From a virus (lineage: Duplodnaviria > Caudoviricetes): a stretch of 56,294 nucleotides of DNA. The position numbers were made by a program, and so were the translations under genes. Below the pieces are notes generated by a model. It was not told the DNA's origin. It saw nothing but the letters and a program-made list of their open reading frames with translations, and did not search any database. Location of the stretch: the IMG/VR virus record IMGVR_UViG_3300014903_000004, positions 1 to 56,294 of that record, one strand, 5' to 3'. This document shows, piece after piece, positions 45,110 through 55,972 of this stretch (its first letter is position 1; each line of letters opens with the position of its first letter).

Positions 45110-45332
45110 AATCCCTCCTGCTTTTAGGCGTTCTGCACCATTCGCATTTGCCTTGCTTTAAGTCTTGTTTTTTCGTCCGCAATCCGCAAACTGTGCATAC
45201 TCCGGAATTGTGTTTAATGCTTTTTACTACTTTCTTCATCTCTGACAACCTCACATTTTTGATCTTTGAATTCGTCGCATATTGCCGGACAGTCGTCGCG
45301 CTTCTCATGTAAGCTTTTGTGACCGCACGCAA
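45096..45332 (-). CDS. Hypothetical zinc-ribbon protein (start uncertain)
   Basis: CTVC...CEWC. Confidence 0.45.
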   Translation of the reverse strand: MRAVTKAYMRSATTVRQYATNSKIKNVRLSEMKKVVKSIKHNSGVCTVCGLRTKKQDLKQGKCEWCRTPKSRRDYAVN

Positions 45333-45365
45333 TCGGGCATTCCTTCCAGTGGTTGCATCTACGCA

Positions 45366-45866
45366 TTATAGAGCCTCCGCTTTACATTCATCGCAAACAT
45401 AATCCATGTCCTGGTCATGCTGTGTAACATCATTGCACAAATGACATCCGCAATTTGTTGACTCTTCCTCAAAATACTCTGAGCAGTCCCAAAACAATAG
45501 CCGCCCTTTTGCTGGTATCGGTTCAATCACTATCACGTCGGCTAATATCCAATGGTAAAAGCCATCCATTCCCCATTTTCCGCCGTTGTGCTCATCATGC
45601 CATAGGACATCACACAGCATAACGCGCCCAATTATTGCACCTGTAATATAGCCCTCAGTTATAGGCTCACACTTGAATTCATCGCGGAACCATTGGAATG
45701 CATCCTTAGAGATCTGCTTTGAAGCGTGAATGTAAAAATATGAATCGTCGAATGTTTTAGGTGGTAACCAAGATCTATTTTCAATATCTTTGGGTTCAAT
45801 GCCGTCCGGAAGATTCTTTCCAAGTATCCAGTCGGCCCACGGTTGCTTTATTGATAGTGCTTTCAT
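45366..45866 (-). CDS. ASCH-domain protein with C-terminal zinc ribbon
   Basis: MKALSIKQPWA, KDIENRSW, YIHASK, GAIIGRV, PIPAKGRLLFW. Confidence 0.9.
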   Translation of the reverse strand: MKALSIKQPWADWILGKNLPDGIEPKDIENRSWLPPKTFDDSYFYIHASKQISKDAFQWFRDEFKCEPITEGYITGAIIGRVMLCDVLWHDEHNGGKWGMDGFYHWILADVIVIEPIPAKGRLLFWDCSEYFEEESTNCGCHLCNDVTQHDQDMDYVCDECKAEAL

Positions 45867-46051
45867 TATTTCACCTTCTCCTTTAGCGGCGTTATCTCGC
45901 CTGAGCCTTTGCACCTTTGACAAGGCTCTTTGATTATACTTAACTGCCGCGCCTTATTGATCACCGTCTTCTTGGTATCACCTTTTCCTCGGCATGGCGC
46001 GCAGCTAACAACTTTCAGCTTGCGCCATCCCACTGTCGGCTTATTTGTCAT
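45866..46051 (-). CDS. DnaJ-type zinc-finger small protein
   Basis: CAPCRGKG...CQRCKGSG. Confidence 0.65.
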   Translation of the reverse strand: MTNKPTVGWRKLKVVSCAPCRGKGDTKKTVINKARQLSIIKEPCQRCKGSGEITPLKEKVK

Positions 46052-46125
46052 TGGTCAGATCCTCAATCTTTTGGTCTGTCTTACGAATCATTTCCTCAAT
46101 TTCTTCAAGCGTTGGAATTATCATT

Positions 46126-46482
46126 TCAAGCCTCCTTATCGTGGATTGTGCCGATGACTTTAAACCAGTGAGTAGAGTTTTGGTTCTCGAAGGTTCCAAA
46201 AAGAGGAATATCAAAGGTTCTCTTCTCTTCGTCAAATTTAACCTCAAACGGGCCCCACTCCCAATCTTCCCCATTGATAGAACCATTAACGCCAGCAAGA
46301 ATATCACCCTTGAAAACCTCACGATTATCTTTGTCACTGAACTGAGCAAACGCCTCCACCACAAGCGAATCCTTGTAAGCGTCCGGAACGCAAAGCTCGC
46401 CGCTCTCACTCACAAATAGGCCACATGACGGGTCGATATACTTCTTCGATGCCTTATGGTATACTCTGAATTTGTTAATCAT
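46126..46482 (-). CDS. YopX-family protein
   Basis: KFRVYHK, DKDNREVFKGDIL, KVIGTIHD. Confidence 0.8.
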   Translation of the reverse strand: MINKFRVYHKASKKYIDPSCGLFVSESGELCVPDAYKDSLVVEAFAQFSDKDNREVFKGDILAGVNGSINGEDWEWGPFEVKFDEEKRTFDIPLFGTFENQNSTHWFKVIGTIHDKEA

Positions 46483-46675
46483 TACTACCCCCAAATTTAA
46501 GACTCTTAAGCATTTGTTTCTTGAGTTGAATATCAGCGGCCTTGAGTCGCATGTACTCGTCTTGTGTTTTCATTCGGGCTTTCCAACCATCTTGAAGCAG
46601 GGAAAATTTATATTCGCAATCTGCGTATTCTTTCTCCTCTCGTTCAATGTCGACTTGTAGCTGTTCAATACTCAT
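46475..46675 (-). CDS. Hypothetical coiled-coil protein
   Basis: Coupled ORF. Confidence 0.55.
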   Translation of the reverse strand: MSIEQLQVDIEREEKEYADCEYKFSLLQDGWKARMKTQDEYMRLKAADIQLKKQMLKSLKFGGSND

Positions 46676-47013
46676 TATTCACCTGCCTTACGCTCAAAGC
46701 GAATGCCGCCCATCGCGTCAGCCATGCCGTCGTAAACAACATCCCACGGGCTCTCAAGATCAGGCGTTTTATTGAATGCGGCGTAAAGCTCAAACAATCT
46801 TATCGGCCCGTCACTCATATCAAGTGTATATCCGCCCCTGCATCCGCGCTTTGACTGAACCATCTTGTGCTTGATCAGAACTGCTACAATCTGCTCGAAG
46901 TAAGGTCCCGAAATCTCAAGCTCCTTTGATATCTGAGCGCCCTTGATTACATCTCTTTCGATTAAAAGCTTTACGATCTTAACCGCGAATTTTGTCTTGC
47001 TGCTGATGTTCAT
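46675..47013 (-). CDS. Rrf2-family winged-helix regulator
   Basis: MNISSKTKFAV, ISGPYFEQIV..L, VQSKRGCRGGYTL. Confidence 0.85.
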   Translation of the reverse strand: MNISSKTKFAVKIVKLLIERDVIKGAQISKELEISGPYFEQIVAVLIKHKMVQSKRGCRGGYTLDMSDGPIRLFELYAAFNKTPDLESPWDVVYDGMADAMGGIRFERKAGE

Positions 47014-47014
47014 T

Positions 47015-47632
<618 letters not shown>

Positions 47633-47672
47633 TTTACTTATCTCCAATTGGTTTATGTTGGTGTACGTCTTT

Positions 47673-47700
47673 ATTGTACACCGTACAAACACCAAAGCAA
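47673..47700 (-). promoter_or_regulatory. Putative promoter of the accessory operon with repeated GTAC boxes
   Basis: TTGCTT-N16-TACAAT; four GTAC cores within 47662-47713. Confidence 0.5.
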
Positions 47701-47749
47701 TACTACTTTGTACAAAGTTGTGAATTTCTTTTGTTGGTGTATGGAATTG

Positions 47750-49240
47750 CTAGTAGATTCGAACTTCTTTCGGGTAATATCCTGCCAACTCTCGCACTGC
47801 ATGAACTGCAGCGTCGTAGTTGTTAGGAGATTTTCCGGCCCCGTTGTAGGTACACATCTGGTCTTCAAGCTCTGGGAGATAACCAACTATATGGCATCTT
47901 AATTGCTCAAAGAGCGCGGCAACTGGCTCCGCTCTGGCTATCTTACTCCCTGTCGCGGTAATGCCTTTGTAATTTACATTTGATCCGTTCTTAGCGTTAA
48001 GTATGATTGTCTCAACCATTCCACCACCGTAGTTCTTTTCACCAAGTAGAACATGAGCGTCGTATTTCCAATATAAATCAACGGATTCGTCGGCCCATTG
48101 CGAAGGTGAACCAAAGCGTGACTTATCAGAAAACAGATAGTAATGTTCAATGCCGTCTTCTTCTGTTCTTTTCCCGGCGGCAACAATACCGATCTGATCC
48201 GGCTTTTTACCTTCTTTTTTAATCTTACCGTCATCTCCGGATGGGTCAACAGACACCGCTATTCTCTCAAGCGTTGTGAAATCAAGGCTTTTAACGCGGG
48301 TTTGATCTATAAGCGCCTCAGTCCATAACGCCCCCTCTACATTTGCCTTCTCTGGCTTTTGCCGGTACTGCGACCAATAAACAGATTTAGGAGTCAAGAT
48401 GCTTTCTTTGTTATTGTCGTTGTGTTTCTTTTCCCAAAGCCAGCCCTCCGGTAAACCGTGATTGATCGGAATACCATGTGTATAATCTTTGTTATACTCT
48501 TCAGAGTTATCTATTATTACAGGTAAATTCAAGTGATGCCACATTTGACCATTGCCGCCTTTGAGGAGAAAGCCGCTCAGATCGTTTTTATGAACGCGCT
48601 GCATTATCACAATGATTGGCACTTCCTCAACTGCCAGTCGACTTTTCACGGTATCACCAAAGCGCCTATTTGAATTCTCCATCTCTTCGCCGCCAGCGTC
48701 GCCCGGCTTGGAAGGGTCATCAATTACAAGAGCACCCGTAAAATTATCTTTGTCGTGATTCATATGACCGGCACGGAACCCGGTAACCTGTCCGCCTGTA
48801 GCCGTCGCATAAACACCACCGCCCTGCTCTGTCCACCATTTAGCTTTAGAGTCGGAATCATCGCGCGTTTTAACTTCTCGCATTTCTTGGAATTTCTCTG
48901 ACTTGATACAAGTTCTGGCTGTTGATGAGTTCTCTAGTGCGAGTGCCGCTGAATATGACAGGTGAAGAAATCGCGCCATAGGATTATCAAGAAGCCCCTG
49001 AACAATAAAATTGATCACCGCAAGCTCTGTCTTAGTGTAACCAGGTGGAACATTTATAATCAGCCTTACTATCTCGCCGCGCCTTACCGCATCAAGCGCA
49101 TCTTGAATAGCCCGGTGGTGCAGGCTTATAATCATTTTCATGTCAAAGCGTTGTTTGAAGAAGTACCGGGCGCAATAAAGGCCGTCGTTTATGCAAAGAT
49201 TATAGCGTATCTGGTTCTGTTCTGATTCACTAGCAATCAT
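47750..49240 (-). CDS. terL: Terminase large subunit
   Basis: INVPPGYTKT Walker A, VIDDP Walker B, IMQRVH, SVDPS nuclease motif, SKIARAEPV. Confidence 0.95.
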   Translation of the reverse strand: MIASESEQNQIRYNLCINDGLYCARYFFKQRFDMKMIISLHHRAIQDALDAVRRGEIVRLIINVPPGYTKTELAVINFIVQGLLDNPMARFLHLSYSAALALENSSTARTCIKSEKFQEMREVKTRDDSDSKAKWWTEQGGGVYATATGGQVTGFRAGHMNHDKDNFTGALVIDDPSKPGDAGGEEMENSNRRFGDTVKSRLAVEEVPIIVIMQRVHKNDLSGFLLKGGNGQMWHHLNLPVIIDNSEEYNKDYTHGIPINHGLPEGWLWEKKHNDNNKESILTPKSVYWSQYRQKPEKANVEGALWTEALIDQTRVKSLDFTTLERIAVSVDPSGDDGKIKKEGKKPDQIGIVAAGKRTEEDGIEHYYLFSDKSRFGSPSQWADESVDLYWKYDAHVLLGEKNYGGGMVETIILNAKNGSNVNYKGITATGSKIARAEPVAALFEQLRCHIVGYLPELEDQMCTYNGAGKSPNNYDAAVHAVRELAGYYPKEVRIY

Positions 49241-49850
49241 CGTCCTCCAAGACTTCTTTGATCGCGTCTTTTAACTGTGAAGCATCCAGTTTACTATCAA
49301 TATCTCCTGAATGCTCAAGTTTATCTGGTTCATAAAAACCTTGTAACTTGCTTATTTCTGCGGCTACCTTGACGGGATCGTGGAGCTTTATCTTTTCAAT
49401 GATGACATCTTCCTCATCATCGTGTCCGGCAATTCGCCTTGTGGTCAATTCTGCAAGAGCTACAATCGAACCATCTTTTATAGATTGATTCACATCAATA
49501 CAGCCATTCTGAAGGAAGTTTGACTGATCAGCGGTAAAGATACGTGATAGCTTTTGAAGTATGTCACGTTTGCTACAAATGCTTATATCGAGTGAATTGG
49601 TGATTACATAATTAGTCATCCAATCAACAACTGGCTTTATGTTAGGTTTTATTAGGTTCTCGAAAGCTTGAACATGCGCGCTGTCTTTTGCATACCCAGC
49701 TTTAATTGCAGACTGTGTCCCGTTCCCATTTTGCACATAAAAAACAATAAATTTTTTCTGCTTATCAGTGAGCCCTTTCCACATCTCTTTCATCTCATCC
49801 GGCATAACATCCATATAATGCGGATATTCTATTTCACTTTCCTCACTCAT
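49230..49850 (-). CDS. terS: Terminase small subunit
   Basis: LTDKQKKF...NGTQSAIKAGYA...NLIKPNI; KIKLHDP. Confidence 0.92.
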   Translation of the reverse strand: MSEESEIEYPHYMDVMPDEMKEMWKGLTDKQKKFIVFYVQNGNGTQSAIKAGYAKDSAHVQAFENLIKPNIKPVVDWMTNYVITNSLDISICSKRDILQKLSRIFTADQSNFLQNGCIDVNQSIKDGSIVALAELTTRRIAGHDDEEDVIIEKIKLHDPVKVAAEISKLQGFYEPDKLEHSGDIDSKLDASQLKDAIKEVLEDDDC

Positions 49851-49880
49851 ATCAAGATCCTCCAACCTTCATGCGCTCTC

Positions 49881-50102
49881 TTACCACTCGTCGTCAAATT
49901 CCAGTATACACCTATTAAGGCGGTGTTTTCTATACGACTTCTTTTCTAGCCTATACTTAACATATACGATCGCAACTATAACTAATGCCACTGCTACAAT
50001 AAATATTATCGCTTCAATTTCAATTTCAAATTCTGATAACAATTTAAAACCCCTTTTCTTTAACAAATCATTTCCCTGTTGTGGTATTCGCCATCCCCAC
50101 AC
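49881..50102 (-). CDS. Small membrane protein (start uncertain)
   Basis: One TM helix with a basic tail. Confidence 0.35.
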   Translation of the reverse strand: MWGWRIPQQGNDLLKKRGFKLLSEFEIEIEAIIFIVAVALVIVAIVYVKYRLEKKSYRKHRLNRCILEFDDEW

Positions 50103-50170
50103 CAGCCGTACATAATATAGATTGTTATTCCTTAAAAATCAAATTTATAGACATTTTACATATAAACCGC

Positions 50171-50199
50171 TTGCAACATGTTTACATATTGTATATATT
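50171..50199 (+). promoter_or_regulatory. Sigma70 promoter of the recombination operon
   Basis: TTGCAA-N17-TATATT. Confidence 0.65.
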
Positions 50200-50243
50200 G
50201 AATTGTAGACAGAACATTAACAAATAACAAAGAGGGCAGACAA

Positions 50244-50903
50244 ATGGATGTTAAAACAGTAGACGGAGTGATTCTAAAAGAGGGAAAGTGGTATTATACA
50301 GATAATGGGCAAGCTGTTATTCTTGATAAAATACTTTGTGATACCGATTTGAATAACATGTTTTTAGTCACCCCTATATATGAAGGTGAAGCAATGGGTT
50401 GTTCTGGTGATGGTGGTTGTCATAGTGAATACACTGTTGATTATGAATGCGAGGGAATGCCTAGAATTGTTAACTGTCTGTTCAAAAAAGAGCCACTTGC
50501 AAAATTAGGCGAAGAGTTCAAAGCAAAGCAAAAAGAATTAACTGATATAGCCATTGCGATAGGGTCAATGAAAAGCGGTTTAAAAGACACAGAAAGAGCA
50601 AAAAAAGAAGTTCTAGACTCAATAGAGAAAGTGAAGAGAGATAATGCTCAGTTATTTAATCAAAATGAGATGCATAAAAGCACCCTCGAAATCACCATTA
50701 ATGAAACAAGAGATGCCCGTCAAAAACTCAGTGAACTTGAAGATGGTTGTGAGGTCTATGATCAAGCTAACGAATTAAAGGAAATTGCAAGACTCAGAAA
50801 GATCGAGTTTAAAATGCAATGTCTTGAAGCCTGTGGTGTTGATAACTGGAATTTTTACGATGTGTCTTTAAGTGAGTATAGTAAAAGATATCCAAACGGA
50901 TAA
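50244..50903 (+). CDS. Hypothetical coiled-coil protein
   Basis: C-terminal LEACGVDNW..Y motif seen in phage proteins. Confidence 0.7.
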   Translation: MDVKTVDGVILKEGKWYYTDNGQAVILDKILCDTDLNNMFLVTPIYEGEAMGCSGDGGCHSEYTVDYECEGMPRIVNCLFKKEPLAKLGEEFKAKQKELTDIAIAIGSMKSGLKDTERAKKEVLDSIEKVKRDNAQLFNQNEMHKSTLEITINETRDARQKLSELEDGCEVYDQANELKEIARLRKIEFKMQCLEACGVDNWNFYDVSLSEYSKRYPNG

Positions 50904-50926
50904 TAACAGTAACAACAGGGCAGAAA

Positions 50927-51142
50927 ATGAAAAGCACTATAATATTTGAAACGCAAATCGGGATCGAAACGGAAGTTGCTTATGATAGGTTTATGGACAA
51001 AGACTATGTTGATGGTATATGCGTTCGCTGTGATGACATAATCGAAATTTCAAGTTTAATAGTAGATGGAAAGAAAACAGAATTTGAAGACTTACGAGAA
51101 TCAAACAAAGAAATAATTCTTGATGAAATAAGAGAACGATAA
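50927..51142 (+). CDS. Hypothetical protein
   Basis: Shares an AGGGCAGA leader with the previous gene. Confidence 0.55.
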   Translation: MKSTIIFETQIGIETEVAYDRFMDKDYVDGICVRCDDIIEISSLIVDGKKTEFEDLRESNKEIILDEIRER

Positions 51143-51186
51143 CCAAAACAGGGGCTCTGTCCCCAATAACAAGGAGGTATTACCAA

Positions 51187-51339
51187 GTGGCAAAAACAAC
51201 GACAATCAGAATTTCAAAGGAGTTGAACGACCGACTCAAAGCGGTTGCGGAAAAAGAAAGACGCAGCACGAACTCTATGGGAATCATCGCAATTGAGGAT
51301 CTTGTAGAGAAACACGAGGCCGCCAATGACAAAGGATAA
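51187..51339 (+). CDS. Arc/CopG-like ribbon-helix-helix protein (50 aa)
   Basis: AGGAGGT SD; TTTIRISKELNDRLKAVAEKERRSTN. Confidence 0.75.
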   Translation: MAKTTTIRISKELNDRLKAVAEKERRSTNSMGIIAIEDLVEKHEAANDKG

Positions 51340-51500
51340 AATAATACATGGTCGATTCGGTCAAATCAAACATGTCGACAACCCAAATAAGAACAGCAAA
51401 CTTACTGCAGTTAATATCGCAGCCACCACACTGTTTTTAATAGTAATGGCAATCTACGCAATAAAAAGTATTTAATCGCATATTCATGGAGGTGAATAAA

Positions 51501-52511
51501 ATGCAATTCGAACTAACAAAAGTAAATGATGTATTCGCAGATTTCAGAAAGCAACTTGAAGAAGCAAAAGAAATCAACAAAAATACTGTCTTTGATTACG
51601 AGGACAAAAAGAGCCACGCCCAAGCAGTTTCGCACATATACAAGCTACGTCAAACCGCATCTGCAATTGATAAATTGCGTAAATCAGAAAAAGCAGAATC
51701 GCTTGCATACGGAAAAGAAATTGATTTGGTTGCAAAATTACTGGAAGCAGAAATCCGCGAAATGATCGCTGTACACGATGCACCAATACAAGCAAAGAAG
51801 GAACGTGAGGCGGCGGTAAAAAAAGAAATCAGTGACCGTATTGAAAGAGTGATCGTTGCCGGTAATACTGAATACGAAACTTCTGAGGCCGCAAAAGTTT
51901 GTCTTTTAAAACTAAAAGAAATAAAACTCGATGACTCTTTCGGAGCATTCAAAGGTGAGGCCGCCATTGCTAAAGATGAGGCAATTGGAAAAGTTGAGCT
52001 GAGATTCGACGCTCTTGTAAAATCAGAAGCAACAGCCATTGAGTTGGCCCGGGTCAACAAGGAAAATGAAGAGAAGGCGCGTATTGAAGCTGAGGCCAAA
52101 GCTAAGAAGGATCAGGAAGAGCGAGAGGCCAACATTGCTAAAGAGTCGCGTGAGACTGCTGAACGCGAAGCAAAAGAACGCGAAGAGAAAACAAAAGCCG
52201 AACAAGCTGCAGCACTCGCCAAAGTAGAGCAAGACAAAAAAGATGCTGTTGCAAAGGCCGAACGTGAAGCACAAGAGAAAATTGCCGCAGAGAAAAAGCG
52301 CATTGCTGATGAGAAAGCTGAAGCTGATAAAATCCAGATGATTGCAGACCAAAAAGAAAAAAGGCGTATTGCTAACCGAGCTCACCAGGGACGTATAAAT
52401 TCAGGAATTGTTTCTCAACTTGTAGAGCTTGGGTGTGAGCAAGACTTAGCGGTTGCAATTGTCAAAAACGCAGCAAAACAAGAAATTCAGAATCTAACAA
52501 TAAACTACTAG
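51501..52511 (+). CDS. Long coiled-coil protein of the phage recombination module
   Basis: GGAGGTG SD; Ala/Glu/Lys-rich; RIANRAHQGRIN...INY C-terminus. Confidence 0.75.
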   Translation: MQFELTKVNDVFADFRKQLEEAKEINKNTVFDYEDKKSHAQAVSHIYKLRQTASAIDKLRKSEKAESLAYGKEIDLVAKLLEAEIREMIAVHDAPIQAKKEREAAVKKEISDRIERVIVAGNTEYETSEAAKVCLLKLKEIKLDDSFGAFKGEAAIAKDEAIGKVELRFDALVKSEATAIELARVNKENEEKARIEAEAKAKKDQEEREANIAKESRETAEREAKEREEKTKAEQAAALAKVEQDKKDAVAKAEREAQEKIAAEKKRIADEKAEADKIQMIADQKEKRRIANRAHQGRINSGIVSQLVELGCEQDLAVAIVKNAAKQEIQNLTINY

Positions 52512-52521
52512 GAGGTAGAAA

Positions 52522-53292
52522 ATGAGTGATAAAAATGAAGTACAAGTAATGGAGCCGTCAGCGCTGGCAGTGATACAGAAAGTTGAGATTGATTCTGCAA
52601 TAGCAACCGCAAAGCAATATCCACGCGATTTAACAATGTTTAAGGATATGTCAACAGCAATGGCAACGTTTGACGATGAGACAGCCGCGGAATGTATTTA
52701 CAAACGTCCTGTTGGTGGTGGAAAGTTCGCTGAAGGAATGAGTGTGAGAACAGCTGAGATCGTAGCTGCCTGTTACGGTAATTTAAAAGTACAAGCTCGT
52801 ATTATTGAGCAAACACCAAAACAAGTAGTAGTTCAAGGTGTTGCACACGATCTTCAAATGAACAATATGATAAGTGTTGAAGTAGTTGAATCAACAACTA
52901 AAAAAGATGGCAAACCATATGATGAAAGAATGCGTGTAGTTGTTGCAAAAGCAGCACTGGCTAAAGCTCGACGCGACGCGATATTTTGCGTAGTTCCTAA
53001 AGCGATGTGCAAACACATTGAAACGGCTGTAAAAAAGCAATTGTTCGGTGACAGTAAGTCTTTATCAGAAAGGCAAGCAAGTATGGCTGAATGGGTTAAA
53101 AAACTACCTATTGACGAAAAGCGAGTATGGTCTACTCTTGGTATCGGCGGTATTGATGATGTTACACCAAAAATCATTGAAACAATGCTGGGTCTTCATA
53201 CTGCTTTAACAAACAACGACATAACACTTGATGAAGCCTTTCCGGAGAATAAACAAACAGCAAAAGAAGCTCTCGATAAAGTTGGTAAATAA
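52522..53292 (+). CDS. Putative ssDNA-annealing recombinase
   Basis: ATAKQYPRD...EGMSVRTAEI...YGNL; adjacent to a RecE-like nuclease and SSB. Confidence 0.6.
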   Translation: MSDKNEVQVMEPSALAVIQKVEIDSAIATAKQYPRDLTMFKDMSTAMATFDDETAAECIYKRPVGGGKFAEGMSVRTAEIVAACYGNLKVQARIIEQTPKQVVVQGVAHDLQMNNMISVEVVESTTKKDGKPYDERMRVVVAKAALAKARRDAIFCVVPKAMCKHIETAVKKQLFGDSKSLSERQASMAEWVKKLPIDEKRVWSTLGIGGIDDVTPKIIETMLGLHTALTNNDITLDEAFPENKQTAKEALDKVGK

Positions 53293-53333
53293 ATAAAATA
53301 GCGGTCTTTAATTAGGCCGCTAGAGGTGATTTT

Positions 53334-54164
53334 ATGAATAAACACAGCCTAACAGATGATAATTATTACCAAGACACAAAATACTTGAGTAATTCAACGG
53401 TAAGCGAATATATGGAGTGTTCAGCACGGGCAGAGGCAAAGCGTAAAGGTGAATGGAAAGACGAAGGTTTTAAACTTCCTTTCGCTATGGGACATTTCTT
53501 CGAGAGTCTTTTAAATGGCGACTCTAAGCGCGTTATTGAGTCGGCAGAATTCAAAGATCAACTGTGTAATGCAAATAATGTTACAGAAAACGCAAACGCC
53601 ATTAAATGCCGCGCAATGTATGCACGATGCAGCGAAAATGATTTATTCATGCGATTTAACACAGGACTAAATGAGCAAATATTCACTGGTGAGATTCACG
53701 GTGTTTTATTCAGAATCAAAGTTGATATTGTCAATATCGCAAACGGATTTTTTACCGATACGAAGAGTTCAAAAGCAACGCTTAAAACGTGCATAAATGA
53801 AGACGGTGAAATAGCTCTTGACTATGAAGACTTCGACTGGAAAGATGGAAAGAAGCGCCCGTTCTACGAGCATTTTGATTACATCATGCAGCTGGCAATT
53901 TATCAGGAGATATTGCGCCAAAACTTCGACGTATTGCTTCAGCCGATTCTTAATGTTGCATCAAAAGTTAAACCGTTCCGTTATCAAACTTTATTCATTG
54001 ACAAGCATGACGAGAGGCTTTCAGATAAAATTGAGCTACTTGGTGAATATATCGAGTATATTGAATCAATGAGAGCCGGAACGATTGAGCCGACACGCTG
54101 CGAAGAGTCAACGTGTGAATATTGCAATCAGACATTTAACCCAGAACTACCAATCGTTATTTAA
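53334..54164 (+). CDS. RecE/exonuclease VIII-like PD-(D/E)XK nuclease (DUF3799-like)
   Basis: YLSNS, GHFFE, EQIFTG...KVD...DTKS, Y.MQLAIYQ. Confidence 0.82.
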   Translation: MNKHSLTDDNYYQDTKYLSNSTVSEYMECSARAEAKRKGEWKDEGFKLPFAMGHFFESLLNGDSKRVIESAEFKDQLCNANNVTENANAIKCRAMYARCSENDLFMRFNTGLNEQIFTGEIHGVLFRIKVDIVNIANGFFTDTKSSKATLKTCINEDGEIALDYEDFDWKDGKKRPFYEHFDYIMQLAIYQEILRQNFDVLLQPILNVASKVKPFRYQTLFIDKHDERLSDKIELLGEYIEYIESMRAGTIEPTRCEESTCEYCNQTFNPELPIVI

Positions 54165-54176
54165 AAAGGTGAGACT

Positions 54177-54614
54177 ATGAAATTTGACGTAACAGCAGTA
54201 ATAAAAGAGGTCGGAGCGATTGAAACGGTCGGAGCTAAAGGATTTCAAAAACGAAATCTAGTTCTATCCGAAGAAAGTGGTGAATATGAAAATATTGTAT
54301 GTGTTGAGTTCTCTGGTGATAAACTTGAGCTTCCAGAAAAATACACGGCAGGGCAGACGGTAAAAGTAGGCGGTTTTATAAACTGTCGTGAATGGAATGG
54401 TAAGTATTTCACAAGTCTTCGAGGTAATTTTATTCAAACTGATAGAAGTGAAGGCGTTCAACAGCCGCCACCGCAGCAGTTCGGACAGGCTCCGCAGGTT
54501 CAAACACCACAACAACCAGCTACATCAGTGTATCAATCACCAAATAATACGCAACCTGCTTTTTCTGCATCAGATCAAGCACAACCGCAAGCAGAGGACG
54601 ATATTCCGTTCTAG
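54177..54614 (+). CDS. Single-stranded DNA-binding protein (DUF3127-like)
   Basis: GFQKRNLVL, REWNGKYFTSL, Q/P linker, EDDIPF tail. Confidence 0.85.
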   Translation: MKFDVTAVIKEVGAIETVGAKGFQKRNLVLSEESGEYENIVCVEFSGDKLELPEKYTAGQTVKVGGFINCREWNGKYFTSLRGNFIQTDRSEGVQQPPPQQFGQAPQVQTPQQPATSVYQSPNNTQPAFSASDQAQPQAEDDIPF

Positions 54615-54666
54615 TCAGCAGCAATAATTCTTACCAAACAGCAAATAAAATTACCAAAGGAAATAA

Positions 54667-54867
54667 ATGAGTATAACTAATTGTGTGGGGTGCAAGAAAC
54701 ACATCTCGTTTCACAAAGGATTTGAATATTGTGAAGGCGAGTTATGGCAGAGATGTGATGAGGAATCAAAAGAGTGGCTAGAGTCTGACGATGACTACAC
54801 AAAATATATTAACAAGAGTATTTTTTGTAGTGAATATGAACCCAAAAAAGTAACCAAGGAAAATTAA
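54667..54867 (+). CDS. Small hypothetical protein
   Basis: AAGGA SD; Cys-containing ORF. Confidence 0.55.
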   Translation: MSITNCVGCKKHISFHKGFEYCEGELWQRCDEESKEWLESDDDYTKYINKSIFCSEYEPKKVTKEN

Positions 54868-54868
54868 T

Positions 54869-55972
54869 ATGAGCTTCGAAAAACAAAACATCACCATGAC
54901 AATGTTCCGTCTTGCCGAAAAACTACCTGAAGATGTGCTTGAACTATTTAATGAGAAGACAGCAGGTAAACTCGACAATGTTGGCAATGAGGAGCAAGTA
55001 GGATGGACAAGCGGACGAGGCCTTCTTGAAACAGAGATCAATGAAGAAACGTGTATTGTCGGCGGCCACATCCTTTTGAACCTTCGCTTTGCAGAAAAGA
55101 AAATTCCAGCGTCATTTATGAAGGAACTTTGCAAAAAAGAAGAGCTTAATAAAATGGAGCACTGGGGAGTCGACCGAATCTCAAATAAAGACAAAAAAGA
55201 GATCCGTGAGGGCATAAAAGAGAAGTACCTCAACAGGTTTCCTCCTTGTGTTTCTGGATTTGAAATTGCTATTGATCGCGCATCAAGCATGCTTTATTTG
55301 GGAACTTGCTCAAATGCAAAGGTTAACTATTTTATTCAGCTATTTGAGTCTGTAACAGGTGTTGAGCCGATAAAAGTTAATAATGAAGAGTTGGCGTTTC
55401 AGTACTACCAGGATGCAAACAAAAGTAATGCTCTTGATTTCGCTTTCAGCTTTCCTAATGTCAATTTTGCCGGAGTTACAAATGATGATCCAAAATCAAT
55501 GGGCCGGGACTTTCTCACATGGCTCTGGTGGTTGTCTGAGAACAGAGAAGAAAACAAAACAGACTTTGAGCTGTGTCTTGATGGATCAATGAAACTTGCG
55601 TTCATGTTTGGCGGCCAAGGAGCAACAGAGACTACTGTGAATATGGGTCTACCTCAGAAGTCATCAGAAGTAAAATCTGCACTAATGGGCGGCAAAAAGC
55701 TTTGTAAAACAAAGTTAATCTTTGCAAAAGATCTCAAGCAATGGGGCTTTACCTTTAACGCTGATACATTCGGATTTTACAGCTTGTCTCTTCCTGATGG
55801 TGAAGAGATGGAGCGCCACAGCAAGTTTGAAGAGCGCATAAACAATATCAATGAGTTCAATAAGATAATCAAACTGTTTTATTTTGAGTTCTGCAAGTTC
55901 GTTTTATCCGATGATTACGCTGATAAAGAGAAGATGCTGCAGACTTGGACGGCAGAACGTGAATCGTACTAA
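54869..55972 (+). CDS. rdgC: RdgC-like recombination-associated protein
   Basis: VGWT, LRFAEKKIPA, KKEIREGIK, MGRDFLTWLWW, EVKSALMGGK. Confidence 0.8.
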   Translation: MSFEKQNITMTMFRLAEKLPEDVLELFNEKTAGKLDNVGNEEQVGWTSGRGLLETEINEETCIVGGHILLNLRFAEKKIPASFMKELCKKEELNKMEHWGVDRISNKDKKEIREGIKEKYLNRFPPCVSGFEIAIDRASSMLYLGTCSNAKVNYFIQLFESVTGVEPIKVNNEELAFQYYQDANKSNALDFAFSFPNVNFAGVTNDDPKSMGRDFLTWLWWLSENREENKTDFELCLDGSMKLAFMFGGQGATETTVNMGLPQKSSEVKSALMGGKKLCKTKLIFAKDLKQWGFTFNADTFGFYSLSLPDGEEMERHSKFEERINNINEFNKIIKLFYFEFCKFVLSDDYADKEKMLQTWTAERESY

